Shown: piece after piece, positions 25,601 to 38,400 of the stretch
Position numbering within the stretch: the stretch's first letter is position 1
Layout of the letters: every line of letters starts with the position of its first letter
DNA from: Pavona decussata
Taxonomy: Eukaryota
Direction of reading: 5' to 3'
Length of the DNA: 64,000 nucleotides
Assembly (NCBI GenBank): GCA_977016875.1
Contig: CDRNST010000175.1
Location: forward strand, 496,001-560,000
Translations under genes and position numbers: made by a program
The notes under the pieces: generated by a model
Database searches by the model: none
What the model was told of the DNA's origin: nothing
The model's input: the letters and a program-made list of their open reading frames with translations, nothing else

Positions 25601-28600
25601 ATACTTAAAAGCACTAAAATGACATAGTGCAGACTGTAGAGTGTTGTGTAGCTAGATTGATCACATATGCTACATGTATGTATCTTCATCTGAAATGTCA
25701 GCCGTCTTCTCCCCCAGTTACAGAGATGGCTGACATTTCAGACTATCTGACTATCTAGGCTACATATGCCACTCATTAATGAGTTTTTTTTTTTCATACA
25801 GATTTGTTTGGCTGTTGGTCGAACCTTGACATCTTTGGATCTGAGTGGTTGCTCCATTTTAACAGATGTTGGTCTTTCGTCCATTGGCAAACATTGTAGA
25901 GTCATTGAATCTCTTAAAGTGTCTTTCTGCCCAAACATCACTGGCCAGAAGTTAAAACCACTTTTTATGTGCCCAAAGAGAGGCCCAGATTTTAAAGTAT
26001 TTGTGGCTAATGGATGTAAAATGGTCAGTTAATTTTAGTGTTTGTTATTTGTTAATTTTGTTGGGAAGGTTATTTAGACATGCATGGTTCAGACTAAGCA
26101 GGGATGTTAGAGGAACTGTTGATTCAAATGCCATACCCAAATCTACAATCCTAGCCAGACAATTGGGAATACATCCCCAAAACGTTAGACTCAAGTCTTG
26201 CACTCCCCACTCCCTTCATCCAAAGTTGCAGATTCCAAGCACTCGCCCCCCCCCCCCCCCCTGAATTATTGACCTAACTATATAGAACACCATGTAAAGA
26301 AGTACCGGTAATCAAAATGGCAGAAAATTTAATGGTGAAAAATGTCAGTCACATTTGCAAGTCACATTTACTCCCCTCCAAACACACACATACAGCTGTA
26401 CATACATATGCATCTGAGCATCCTCTTGTGACACATTTGCCCTCCCCTCTCACATAAACCTACATGAACATGAACCTTCATCCATCCTTAGGCTTCATGA
26501 ATTCTTGTTAAGTAGTTTATTTTCACAGGTGTAACCTCTCCCCATCCCCCTGAAGGGTGGGTATCTAATTTTTAGTTCATTAATGAGGCAACCAATAGCC
26601 AGCCATAGGATTTTTTTTTTTTTATGTCTATTATTTCTTTTTAGGAATTGTTTGGGATAATATAATTTGCTCATCCTTCTAAGGCATATATATTTTTTTC
26701 AGTTTTCAGTTGATGTGATAGCTGAAATAGCAGCGCATTGTCCGTCTCTGAATACTTTACGTCTAGCAGGAATGAAAGAAGTTGATGATCAGTTGTTAAC
26801 AGCAGTTGCTGAAAACTGTTGCCAGCTTTCCTGTGTTAGCATTAAAGGATGTGGCTTGGTAAATATAATTATTCTAGTACAAAATATACCACTCAATTTT
26901 TTCTATCATGTAAAGTGTCCACCCCATCGTCTCTATAAATGATGCACCACTTGTCAATACAGTCACTATACTGTGTTCTGGCCAGTTTTTTCCTGGTGAT
27001 CTGTGCTTATTGGTTGAGATAATCTGGGTTGCTGAGTTTATTTTAAACCACCCATAACTTTCAGTTTCATTTGTTCACAAATTCGTATCCATCGACTTTT
27101 CAGGAGACTCATATTAACAAATTAAAGGTTTAATCAATAATTATTATGAAACTGCTTTTCTTGTGGCAAGTGTCCTTTGATTATGCAAACAGCAAAATTT
27201 TTCTTTATTTCACAACCTCATCGAAAAAAAGAAAAAAGAAACAACAAGAAGAAATAAAGGAAAATAATTAGGCCCACAAATCACGTATTGTTGTGTAATG
27301 TGCTATGCTTGTTTTGTTGCTGTAACAATGGATAATGATTTGATCAGGTTTCAGATGTAGGAGTTTGTGAATTAGCACGCATGTGTCCATTGGAGGAGGT
27401 TGTGGTTTCTGGTGTGTCAAGTCTGACGGATCGCTCTGTTTTTGCACTTGCCAACTGTTGTACTTCAACGCTAAAAGAACTGTATGCATCAGGATGTTCT
27501 ATGATTACTCAGGCAGCCATTAATTACCTTCAGGTATGATTTAATGTTCCACGTGTTGTACATGCCAATAGTTAATTATTTTAATGGTGTTGAGGTTTAG
27601 TAGCACACTATACTCGTATATTCTTAAAGTTTTCGGTAGTGAACAAGCAATTCCCGGCGTTTTATTTTGGGAAGATACATTTTTGGTCGTGTTCATATAG
27701 TCTCTACAGCATGCCTGCAAGGGAACATGTCTTGAAAAATGAAACCAAAGTTAACTATAAATTAAAACTGGATAATCTAGCTTTCTATATGATTCTTGGT
27801 TTGCCATAATAAAGTTATAAAATAATAAAATTTAGAAAACTTGCTGATTGACAAGAGACTGGTTATAAAGAAAATGAGGACTTGCTTAACAAAATGGGAT
27901 ATAATTACAGTCAGCTATCTGTAATGCGGGGCCCCTCCCGGATTAACTCTTTAAAGAGAGTTTAGTTGCAGACAAGCAACTAAAATTCGGCCTGGATATT
28001 GCCCAAGCATGTCCTATGCTATAATTTTTCTGATCCAAGTTACCATCTAATAGTATTTTGAGTAGCCATTACTTCGGTGGCGCGCAACATGAAGCGTTAC
28101 ATAGGTTTTTCCGGTATTTGGTTCATTGGAAGCCTGGGATTCTGGAATTTGAAGAAAAGGTTTTAAGGTTGTATAGTTTTATGCGCTTGGGTTCGGAAAA
28201 TGTCATTTTAAAGAACTGAGTTCCTGTACGTCCGGTGCACGCAAACTCAAATAATGACTGCAAAGGAGTCTTTGACCAGCCCCCTCTCAGAAGTGACGAA
28301 AAAACAGAAAACAAACACTCAACAACTATTGTAGAAATCTTTTTTGCCCCCATATAAAACCGACTTTCAGGGTAGTTAATAATGACTAAGATAACTCAGA
28401 GGTGCTCAACAGTAAGCAGGTCAATGTTGTTTACACTTGTTTCAGGTAATGGTATTAAATAAAATATCCTGCTCTTTGTAGGACTGCTGTTTGAAAAGAA
28501 TATTTGTTGAACACCGCACACCAAATGTTGATCCTGATCAGCTGATGGCCAAGAATCTGGACACAGGAGAGTTTTGTAGGGCCGACCTTTTGCCTTCAGG

Positions 28601-28637
28601 TCCTGTAGTACAGGATCCAGACTGGCTAACATACTGA
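17587..28637 (+). CDS. Cysteine-containing LRR protein (AMN1/FBXL-type LRRs) with N-terminal BC-box-like motif, 557 aa, 9 exons
   Basis: Exons 17587-17887, 21430-21710, 22971-23056, 23808-23856, 24784-25020, 25802-26023, 26703-26858, 27348-27533, 28482-28637. All are GT-AG and phase-consistent (1674 nt). Repeats of the type LxxLxLxxCxxLTDxGLxxIxxxC (e.g. LTSLDLSGCSILTDVGLSSIGKHC). N-terminus MSKSLADLCMFCIAKNL. Confidence 0.92.
18123..18932 (-). mobile_element. Internally deleted PIF/Harbinger element (810 bp) in LRR-gene intron 1
   Basis: ~55-bp TIRs (GACCCCGTTCACACGTATCCAGATATTTTTGAATCC...) with TTA on both flanks. Internal minus-strand remnant ...FWVRPGRTSPCWDNFVNQIVIAEEWRENFQRSR...ELRPYIEGKTTVTRAPVDV, typical of Harbinger transposase N-termini. 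Confidence 0.88.
19521..19915. mobile_element. TTAA-flanked MITE (Kolobok-like)
   Basis: TTAA|AGAAGGTGCCTACT ... AGTAGGCACTGTCC|TTAA, imperfect TIRs. Confidence 0.7.
22316..22811 (+). mobile_element. 3' fragment of an L2-clade LINE
   Basis: SPVLIHLHWLPVSYRIMFK...AFSVCTPKLWNTVPLEIR...FKKK, followed by AGCGCC...GCGCTATATAAAT and an (ATT)n tail. Confidence 0.85.
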
Positions 28638-29580
28638 ACCAGCTAGCTTGTCATGCATGCGCTGTGTTAGATTTCTCATAATAAAGCTATCATGATTTCC
28701 CGCTCCTGGTAATCCCAATGACTCCTGTATTTATAGGGAGTTACCCTTAGTTATGGTTTCATTCACTCAGAATCTTTTCAAAGTCGCAATCTCCACCTAT
28801 AGCTAAGCCCATGCTGTTTGCAGTGAACGAGGGTTTGTTGTGTCAGGACTCGGTGATGTTACATGTGAGTTTCAAATTTAAAGACGAGACAGTTTTTTTC
28901 AACGTGGTGAACTGAGCCATGTGCCAAGTCGTTATAGAGTATGAGATAGTAAAACTGATCTTAGTGCTTTCGCTTTAAATGTAAAGGGTAAGGAAGGCCA
29001 ATTTACACATACTGATTTATCGATCCGATTAGTAGGTTCATTCGCTCTTGGTATAGCGAGGAGTGAAAACGGCCTGATTACAAAAAACTCTAGCGCACTC
29101 AATGTCTTTTTCAAATTGGTCAATCGGTACGTGTGAATTAGCCTTGAGATCCAGAAGATGTATCACATTTTACTGGTGGCCGGTTTAACCTAAATGAGTC
29201 CACAGCATAAAGTACTACTAAGTTACTGAAGTATTAACTTTCGTATAGAATAACATTTGTGAATTTGCTTCACAATTTTCTGAACTTGAGCAAATCAAGA
29301 ACAGCGAATGATAGCCGGTAATACATGTTAAAAGAAATCTGGAGTGCATAGTACGGTGAAATCTGTGTGGAGGTTGACATGCTAGGAAATAACTACTCAT
29401 TTTATGGTCGAATTTCTTTCACCATTGTCTTCGTAGCCATGCAATCGTGTCAGAAACATCTTGTTCTTTACCCAGCACTGAAATAGGTTGTAAAAATCGA
29501 CCTCTTGTGATGTAATTCGTAACGAGCAGAGCTCAATGTAGTTTTCCCTCTAAGGGATATGTGTAATCGTTTTGTTCATT

Positions 29581-29896
29581 GGGGTGCTTGCCATTAAGGC
29601 AAAATTTTCGGTTTAACCGATTAAAATGCAAATGGAACGCGCGGATAAACCGGTAATTTTCGAATTCCTTTTTAGGTACTCTACATGTTTGGAACGCCAT
29701 TCCATTTGCACAAAATTGTCATTTCGATTTTGTTGGTTTTGTGCCCCATCGCGAAGCGTTTTGAACTGCCAATGAAATTGGAAGTTTGGAATCGAAGAGG
29801 ACGCTCTTGGTCGGGACTGCAGAAATCCCGAAAGAGCCATTTAGCATAATCTTCGGAATTATGAACAGAACATTTTGGTCAAATGGAAAACGCCCC
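29581..29896. mobile_element. Degenerate MITE
   Basis: Imperfect TIRs GGGGTGCTTGCCATT / AATGGAAAACGCCCC. Confidence 0.4.
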
Positions 29897-31144
29897 TTGT
29901 CTCAATGACAACAGTAATGAAGCCAGAACTCTCCCTGTACGTTTCCATATGCGTTGTAATGAACCGTCATCAGTAGATAGCACTAATTTTTCCCAAAGAA
30001 TAAGTAGAGTCCCGCTAGTTTTGCCAACAAAATAGGAGTGCCTTGAACAGTCTAAATATTTTAGCAGAATGTAGAATAAATAAAATCATCAATTTTTGAA
30101 CTTGGATGTACATTTGTCACTTTTCAGGCAGTGTCAATCCAATAATTATGAGCGGCTGTTTTCAGAAAGCTCTGATAAACCGTTAGAAGATACTTGTGGA
30201 ATATATAATACAGATCACCGAAATACCCCCTCTCTCCCCTCTTTTCCCCCCTTTGACTTTTGCTAGTAGATGAAACAATCTATATCCAGACAGAAAACCA
30301 TCGATAACTAATGAAAAAGTAATCTTGGCAATAACAGCTTGCATAGCGGTGAAGCAATCTCGTTCTGAGACTGTGGACAACTAGATTTCATGAAAGGACA
30401 ACCGAGAATAAGCTGACCAATGGTTCAGGATATCTTACGCTTCGATGGTCAATTCAGGGGACAGAATAGAACGTTTTGCAACAATGATTCAAGAAAAAGT
30501 TGATATTGTTTGATTTATCATTTAGGTATCGAATTATTAAGTGAAAAAATGATGATTGTCGAATGACAACGTTACCGCTTGTATAGGACGATAATGCAAC
30601 ATACTGTTAAGTGAGGCGGGTAGCAAAAATTAGTTTGGACCAATACCTTGATAACGATATAATTTCCTCAAATTGCCGTTCACGTAACGTGGAAATTGGG
30701 AATTGCATCAAAATGAATACATAATCGTCAAAACCAATATAACTGACTTTCTTTCTGAGGGTAAGGCTTTAAGAAATGGTATACTTTACAAAGTTGTGTA
30801 TATCTTGGGTACTGGTTGGTGCGTGTTGTTATGCAAACATCAGCAAGATACTCGACGGGTTTCTCATCTCGTGCGATAATGAGCAACTGGACATTTGGTG
30901 AGCTCGATGTAGTAATGTCAAAAATAAGGAAAAATGACACTGCTTCTTTCATCCCCGACTCATCTTCAATAAAATTGATAAACAAGAAAAATAAGATGGG
31001 GTCTTAGTTTTCATAATTACGAAAGCTTATTACGAAAACTAAAACCCCACCGGAAAAGTGACATATAAAAAAAAAGTGTCTTAGGTCTTAGGCCTGTTCC
31101 AGCCTGCGAGCAAGCTCCCTTGGAGAGCTTGCTCGCACGGGCTA

Positions 31145-32022
31145 GGCCTGTTCCAAAGGTCGTGCTACTGTCGTGCCGAACTTAAATCAATTTGACCCGG
31201 CAGTATCATGGCAGTGGTTTCAAACGTCGAATTTAATTCAGTCGCGCCAAATTTTAAAATATAGAAATGCGTAGAACGAGCAAATTAACCCAAAATACAT
31301 TAAAATAATTTATGAATTTAGTTCGGCACGAAACCAAGTCGCGCTAGCCTGCTGCCGTTTGGCGCGAGAGGGCCTGCCGTGCTACTTCCGTGCTAAATAG
31401 TCGTGCCGAACTTAATTTAGCCTGCCGAACTAAATGGTTTCCACTGAGGTCGTGCTACTGCCGTGTTCAGAAGTCGAGTTAATAGGCCTTATCACGGTTT
31501 TCGACGCCATTTTGACGAGTAGGCAAACAGGCTAGAAATAACAGTGTTTGTATGGAAATCCGATGTCAAATAATTTTCATAAAACATCGCTTCTGAAAAA
31601 TTCATGAATTGGAAACTTTTGGGACTAGGAAAAGGATTTTAAAAAAAATTTGGAGGGATGTAGCTGTGCCAGAAAGCGTCCAGTCGTGTTTTGAACTTTT
31701 CATACATTTGTCTGTTAGCGAACCAGCCGTGAACTGCTCTAAAAATAGCTCGCGGGGAAAAAAATACAGGGAAATGTATGGAAAGTTCAAAACACGACTG
31801 GACGCTTTCTGGCACAGCTACATCCCTCCAAATTTTTTTTAAAATCCTTTTCCTAGTCCCAAAAGTTTCCAATTCATGAATTTTTCAGAAGCGATGATTT
31901 ATGAAAGTTATTTGACATCGCATTTCCATACAAACACTGCTATTTCGAGCCTGTTTGCCTACTCGTCAAAATGGCGTCGAATAATTCAGTTCGCGACAGC
32001 AGCGCGACGTTTGGAACAGGCC
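31145..32022. mobile_element. Harbinger-like MITE with a nested fold-back element, just upstream of the Tudor gene
   Basis: Outer TIR GGCCTGTTCCAAAGGTCGTGCTACTGTCG / CGACAGCAGCGCGACGTTTGGAACAGGCC. Internal GTCGTGCTACTG and GTGCCGAACT repeats. Confidence 0.7.
31501..31980. repeat. Long near-perfect palindrome (209-bp arms, 62-bp spacer)
   Basis: 31501-31709 is the reverse complement of 31772-31980 with few mismatches. The mirror-image ORFs 31609-31842(+) and 31639-31872(-) reflect this. Confidence 0.95.
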
Positions 32023-32407
32023 GGCTTAGGTCTTTATTGTTTTCCGGGTCTTAGCTTTTGTGACAACCCCTACAAAGCACCATTTGATGAATCTGGCAAC
32101 TGTGCGTTGGATTGCTTCCTAGATGTCCTTCATAGTCCTGTCCCAGAACTCCGTCTTACTCCGCCCTGTGTAAGGCTAGACCAGGGCTAGACCCTATGGA
32201 CATGCGGTGACCGAGAAGAACCTGGGACTTAGTTGATCCACGAGGGAGATTGCAAGCATGGCGGACGGAGGGTCCGGTTTGGGACGAAGGAAGGTGTGGT
32301 AAATTCTTCTTGTTTTCTTTGTTAATTTCTTTTTGAATACCCAGTTTTTGAGGCTTACTACTTTCCTATTCATTCTGCCTTTTTCAGGGGATATATACAG
32401 CAAATTG

Positions 32408-35400
32408 ATGTCATCGCTCGAAGCAGAAGACTACTTCGATATTCCGGAGGATCACAATCCCAAAAGTGCCAAACGTAAACCTGTTTGGAGCAGTGCAGAC
32501 GCTCATTTAAACCCTCAAACCCAGCAGCAAGTTCAGTTCTTAGCTACAAACTCCAGGTTCTCTCAAGCTAACCCAAGGGACAAAATCCCGTCCAAAGTGT
32601 TAAAGGCGATGGAACTTGATCATGATGAAGCAGCCACGCGGTTGCCAGATGGACAAGGCGAGAAAAGTGACAGTTTTGGCAGGTAGGAAGCTTTTGAAGT
32701 TTCAGTGCATATTGGCAATCGCATTGAGTTAAGTCGATGCGGGAGTGTGCGGCTGTTAACTTTCCTTGAACAACTTATATGGAACAACTAGGTCACCACT
32801 TCGTTCCATCTCATTTTCATGCATTTGTCGGTCCAAGCTTTTAAAGAACGATGCGTAAATAATGGCACTATTGTTATTCACTGATACCCTTTGTTCTGTA
32901 ATTTAGCAGGTTTGGAGCAACTTTAGTACACAGGGTCACTTAGGTCCAAATTTAGCAGAGGTCACTTTTTAAGTCGACTTTATTATTGCATCGTGTATAA
33001 ATTTTGCATCTTGTACTTGTCCTGCCATAACAAACACAGGCTACACACATTGTTTACCTGGGGCCGAGGGAGGTGCGTTCTGTAGCTACAGTGTTAGTCA
33101 CATTAGATGGAACGTCTCTCTCCATCCTGCCGTCTTGATGTTGGCTCACAGGATTGGCTAGAAGAATTAAAAAAAAAACAACATTGAGAGGGGATAGGGA
33201 AGCAAGAGAGGGACATTTTGGGCTTGGTTGTGAAGTGTCACAACTATAACTTGACTAGGACTGTAGATGTATACCTACCTACCTACCTAATAATTCGTTT
33301 ATAAGTAAAACAAGAAATAACAAACATGGAGGTGGAGTCGGAATGTATATCTCAAATACTCTAAATTTTAAAGTAAGAGATGACTTAAGTACATTTGACG
33401 AAGAAATATTCGAGTCATTGTTTATCGAGTTAAGGGTCAAAGGGAAGAAAAGCAAAATTATTGGAGTTATCTATCGACCTCCCAATAACACATTTAACAA
33501 ATTTGAAGAAAACCTAACCAAAACTCTGGAATGCCTTAATAACGAAGGAAAGGAAACTTACTTAATGGGTGACTATAACCTTGATATATTAAAATTTAAT
33601 GATAGTGTTTTTATAAACGACTTTATAAGCCTAATGTATGCATCGCCATTTTTTCCTACAATAACAAAACCCACAAGAATTACTGACAAATCAGCTACCT
33701 TAATAGATAATATATTTATAAATAGTCCAAATAAAAACAGTAAAAGAGGCATCTTGATATCCGATCTATCAGACCATCTTCCTATATTCTATATAACAAT
33801 GGACAAACTAGATATAAAACATGACCTGATAGAACAAAATATACGAATCATTAATAAAAAAAACTTTGAAAAAAATAAAGATGAATTAGCTAAAACTAAT
33901 TGGGAGAATATAACAAACCTAGAAAATCCTCAAGAAGCGTACGATAATTTTAAGGAACAATTTAAAGAGATATATGACACTCATCTACCCACCAAGAAAG
34001 TAACACTAAACAAAATAAACCATAAAAAGAAGCCATGGATTACAAAAGGATTCCTTATATCTAGGAAAAAGAAAAATATTCTTTATAAAAGATATCTTAA
34101 AAGTCCATCAATTTTTAATGAGCAGAAATATAAAAAGTACAGAAATAAATTTAATAGCTTAAAAGTAATAGCTAAAAAGAATTACTACCAACAACAATTA
34201 AATACAGCAAAAAATAACATGAAAAAAACCTGGAGCATCATAAATGAGTTAGTAGGAAAAGCCTCAAAAAAACAAAATTTACCATCACAATTCAAAGAAG
34301 GTGTAGATATCATAACTGATGCAAATGAAATTGCAAATAGATTTAACAAATACTTTATAAACGTAGGCCCATCATTATCCAAGAAAATACCTAAAACACC
34401 AAATAGCTTTAATAAATACCTAAATAACAATTATGTAGAGTCCATATTCTTAGATCCAATAACAACAACCGAAGTTGAAAATGAGCTCAAAAAGTTAAAC
34501 CCTAACAAAGGTAGTGGATTAGACGATATAAATCCCAGAGTAATATGCGAAATAAGCAAATTAATTTCGTACCCACTTACATTTATCTTTAATCAGTCAA
34601 TAATTACAGGTATAATACCTAATCAGCTAAAAATCTCAGTAGTTTCTCCGGTCTATAAAACAAGTGATAAGGACGTATTTCAAAACTACAGACCGATTGC
34701 AGTCCTTCCTTGTTTCTGTAAAGTTCTTGAGCGACTTATGTACAGGAGATTGATATCTTATTTAAACAAACATCATATTCTCTCTGATCATCAGTATGGC
34801 TTCCGAGCAAAGCGCTCAACTCAACAAGCAATTATAGAACTTGTCGATAAGATTACCTCAGCAATAGAAAATAACGAATATACAATTGGTATATTTCTAG
34901 ATTTATCAAAAGCGTTTGACACAGTTGATCATGAAATATTAATCAGTAAAATGGAACACTACGGAATAAGAGGAACACCGTTATCATGGTTTAAAAATTA
35001 TCTAACAAATAGGCAACAAATAGTTAAGTATAACAATGTATTATCAAAACCTAACACAATAAGATGCGGAGTCCCACAAGGATCTGTATTAGGGCCACTA
35101 TTGTTCCTTATATATATAAATGACATTCATAAAAGTTCTAATTTATTTCATTATACTCTGTTTGCAGATGACACAAATCTTTTCTTTAAGCACAAAAATG
35201 TAAATCAACTATTGCAAATTGCTAATGAAGAAATTAGTAAAGTATCCGATTGGTTATGCTCAAACAAACTAACCCTAAATACCAGTAAAACGACTTTTAT
35301 GATTTTTAAGACAAAGGGAAAAAAATTAGATATGCACTTAGGCGTTAAAATCAATCAACGAGAAATAGAGCAGGTAAAATGGACAAAATTCCTAGGTGTT

Positions 35401-38400
35401 AGAATAGATGATAAAATGACTTGGAAAAATCACATTAACTACATAAGTAATAAGACATCAAAATTGTCTGGTATTATAGCCAAATTAAGACACTATGTAA
35501 ACAAAATTACTTTAAAAAATGTTTACTTCACAATGATATATCCATATTTTACCTATTGTAACATTGTATGGGGTAGTAATTATGCATCCACACTAAAATG
35601 TCTTCACAAGGTACAGAAAAAAATTATTCGTCTCATGACTTTCTCAAGATACCAAGACTCAACTACTGCATTGTTCAAACAACTAAAAATACTAGACATA
35701 TTCCAGCTTAATACTTTTCTAACTAGTCTTTTTATGTACTCACAAAGAGCAAACATGTTACCAAATACTTTTAACAACTATTTTGTACAAAACAGACAAT
35801 TTCATCAGTATAATACAAGATCTTCAGCAAAGTTACATATTCGGTATACTAGAACAAATTATGGAAAATTCTCTCTGAAAGCTAGAGGTGCTAAATTATG
35901 GAATAATCTCCCTGATGAGGTGAAAGATGCTAAATCCTACTTTTCATTTAAGCGGAAAGTGAAGCAGATCTATTGCTCAGACATCAGTACATAAAGTTTA
36001 AATTACCGACATCGCCATCACAATCTTTTACTACTATAATCCTAATATTAATCTTAATATTAATTAGGTACGTATATATATTTGACAGCTATCAAATTAT
36101 ATAACAATAGAAAATATTAAGAAATAGGGGATCCCCTAAAGAAAAGTTTGCAAAAACTTGCTGGGATCTCCTGCCAACAATATATATGTAAAATGTAGAA
36201 AACCTATTGATTGTATAAAGATTGGGGCAAATAAAAAATGAAATGAATGTATAAAATGTGCTTCCAGGTTTCTTGTTTGGCAACTTTTACTGTGCTTAAT
36301 TCCCAAGAGGCTCAGCATGCGCAAAGTAATCTGAAATGTACTTGTCCAAAAAATCCAGCAGCAATAATACAGGGTATGAAAAAAATATTTTTTCTTAGCA
36401 ATGGCCTGTACACTGGAGTTTTTGTTTTCTCAAGGACTAGAAGATGCAGAGAGTGGAACTGCAGTTATAAATTTAGAGAAGAATCTCCCAATATCCCGTA
36501 AAGATGATGATTTCAGTAACAAAGCAGAGCTGCACATATTCAACAAAATAAGTGAGACCTGCCAGTTCTCACGGTTTGGGGTATTAACTCATGTTCTCAT
36601 GATTTGGCCTCCAAATCTCACAGTGAATCAGAAATCCTTGAAATTGCCAAACAAGTGAAAATGGCTGAATTTGTCACGTCTAATGTTTGAGGGAAACCTG
36701 GGTACAATTCCAACCTCATTCCCATGAAACAAAGGTGTGCTAAGGTCTCTGGGAATGCTTTTGCTGTGAACAGTGAATTCAATGGTGGCTCCAAAACAGA
36801 AACTGACTTGTAGACTTTGGGGCCTCAGCCTTTTACTTCAAAGAGGGAGTACAAATAAGGTAAAGAATACCTTGAAACAAGAAATATACCATTTAACTTC
36901 ATTTAACACATATTATTGGAAATCTCCAGGTTTGAGATCCCAATCGCCAGGTTTTTCTGGGCTTTTTTCAAAATCTCCAGATTTGCATGTTTTGGGGTTT
37001 GGCAGGTGTGATAAGTCCAATTTAACAGAACATGAAAGGGTCTACCTTAGCTGAATTTATAAAATGTTGAAGTGTGAAATGCACTCCTGTAATCTTTGAT
37101 TATGGCTAGTATTATTAATAAGCTTGTTGATCATGCCATGAGAATTGAACCGCAAAGTAAAAGCCACAGTGAGAATTAAACCAATGATCTTCCTTATGTC
37201 ATTTGGATACTGTAACACCTCAGCTACAGGGAGTCGTGTGTTTGAGACATCACTGATGCTTTGCTAACAGATTGTAGGACTTGCATTACTTATAAACCTA
37301 GAGTAAATGACCTCACTTACCATGAGTGGCTCACTGGCAGACCATCCAATCTTTCCTTTCAAGGTCAGTGGTTTTGTAATGCATACTCCAGATAATTACC
37401 TACAGCTGTATTCAACCATTTTGTTTTAATTTTGTATTCAGGGAACATGCAAATCCTGAGCATGAAGCTCTTGATACTTGGAATCCAATGTCAGAGGATT
37501 ACGAATCAAAAGCTTTCAATAGCTATAAAGAACCAAGTGTTACAGATTTTATGGCATCTTTCCAGGCTAGGTATGTCTTTAACCCTGAAGCATTTTGAGC
37601 TTGACATTATACATTTCCAGTACTTGCTGTTGTTTCTACAGCTGTAATCATGATCAACCAAAGAATAAATCAGAAGTTTAATAAAACTATATGTTCACTA
37701 ATCTGTTAATTTATGTTCACTTCTAATTTAAGCCAAACATCACAGCCATCTTCCAATTCATCTTTGAAAAGTGAAGGAGATGTCAGACTGTTTGTTGGCA
37801 GAATTCCTCGGCAAATGACTCAGGTATGCTGGCTTTTGAATTGCTTTGTTTCGGTGCAGTTAACTTGGACAGTCCTGGAAACACCTCCAGTTGCTGCCCT
37901 AGACTCCATGCTGTCCTGTTTTTTATGATGCAGTTTTGTGTGGGAACTAAATGAATATTCTTCTTGAAAAAGAATCACCATTCAATCACCATACATTCCA
38001 GCCTTGGTGTATAATGCAATGCAATGCAATATAGTGCATTATGTTATAATATGTGTTTTTTTTTATATTGGAAGACTGTCATTCTCTGCTAAGAAGGTAG
38101 TTTAGCGATATCCAACTCGACAAATTGCAAAAATCAAAGAACATAATTGAACAATTGTCCAAACTTTGTTTTCAGCTTCTAATACATCTTACTTGAAACA
38201 TACACAAAGAGAATGATTATCAAAAGTTGCTTCACGTAAGTTCTTCTGGGTTGTCATGTTATAAAATTTACAAAAACAGTTTTTTATAATAATATTATAT
38301 CACACTGCAGTGGATGTGTGACAGTCCAGCTTAGACCTTGGTTGTGAGAAAACCATCGATCAGTAACCAGATCACGTATCTGTTTAACCTTACAATATTA

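Noticed and set aside
28900-31010. Short ORFs between the LRR and Tudor genes suggesting another gene
   Set aside because: No recognisable motif and no chain of in-phase exons. Treated as 3' UTR or intergenic sequence.
31609-31872. Identical N-terminal ORFs on both strands (METFGTRKRILKK...)
   Set aside because: Artefact of the DNA palindrome.
36268-36551. Two mutually spliceable exon-like segments (36268-36373, 36435-36551) after the LINE
   Set aside because: They are out of phase with the Tudor gene's phase-2 intron (stops if included) and encode no recognisable domain.
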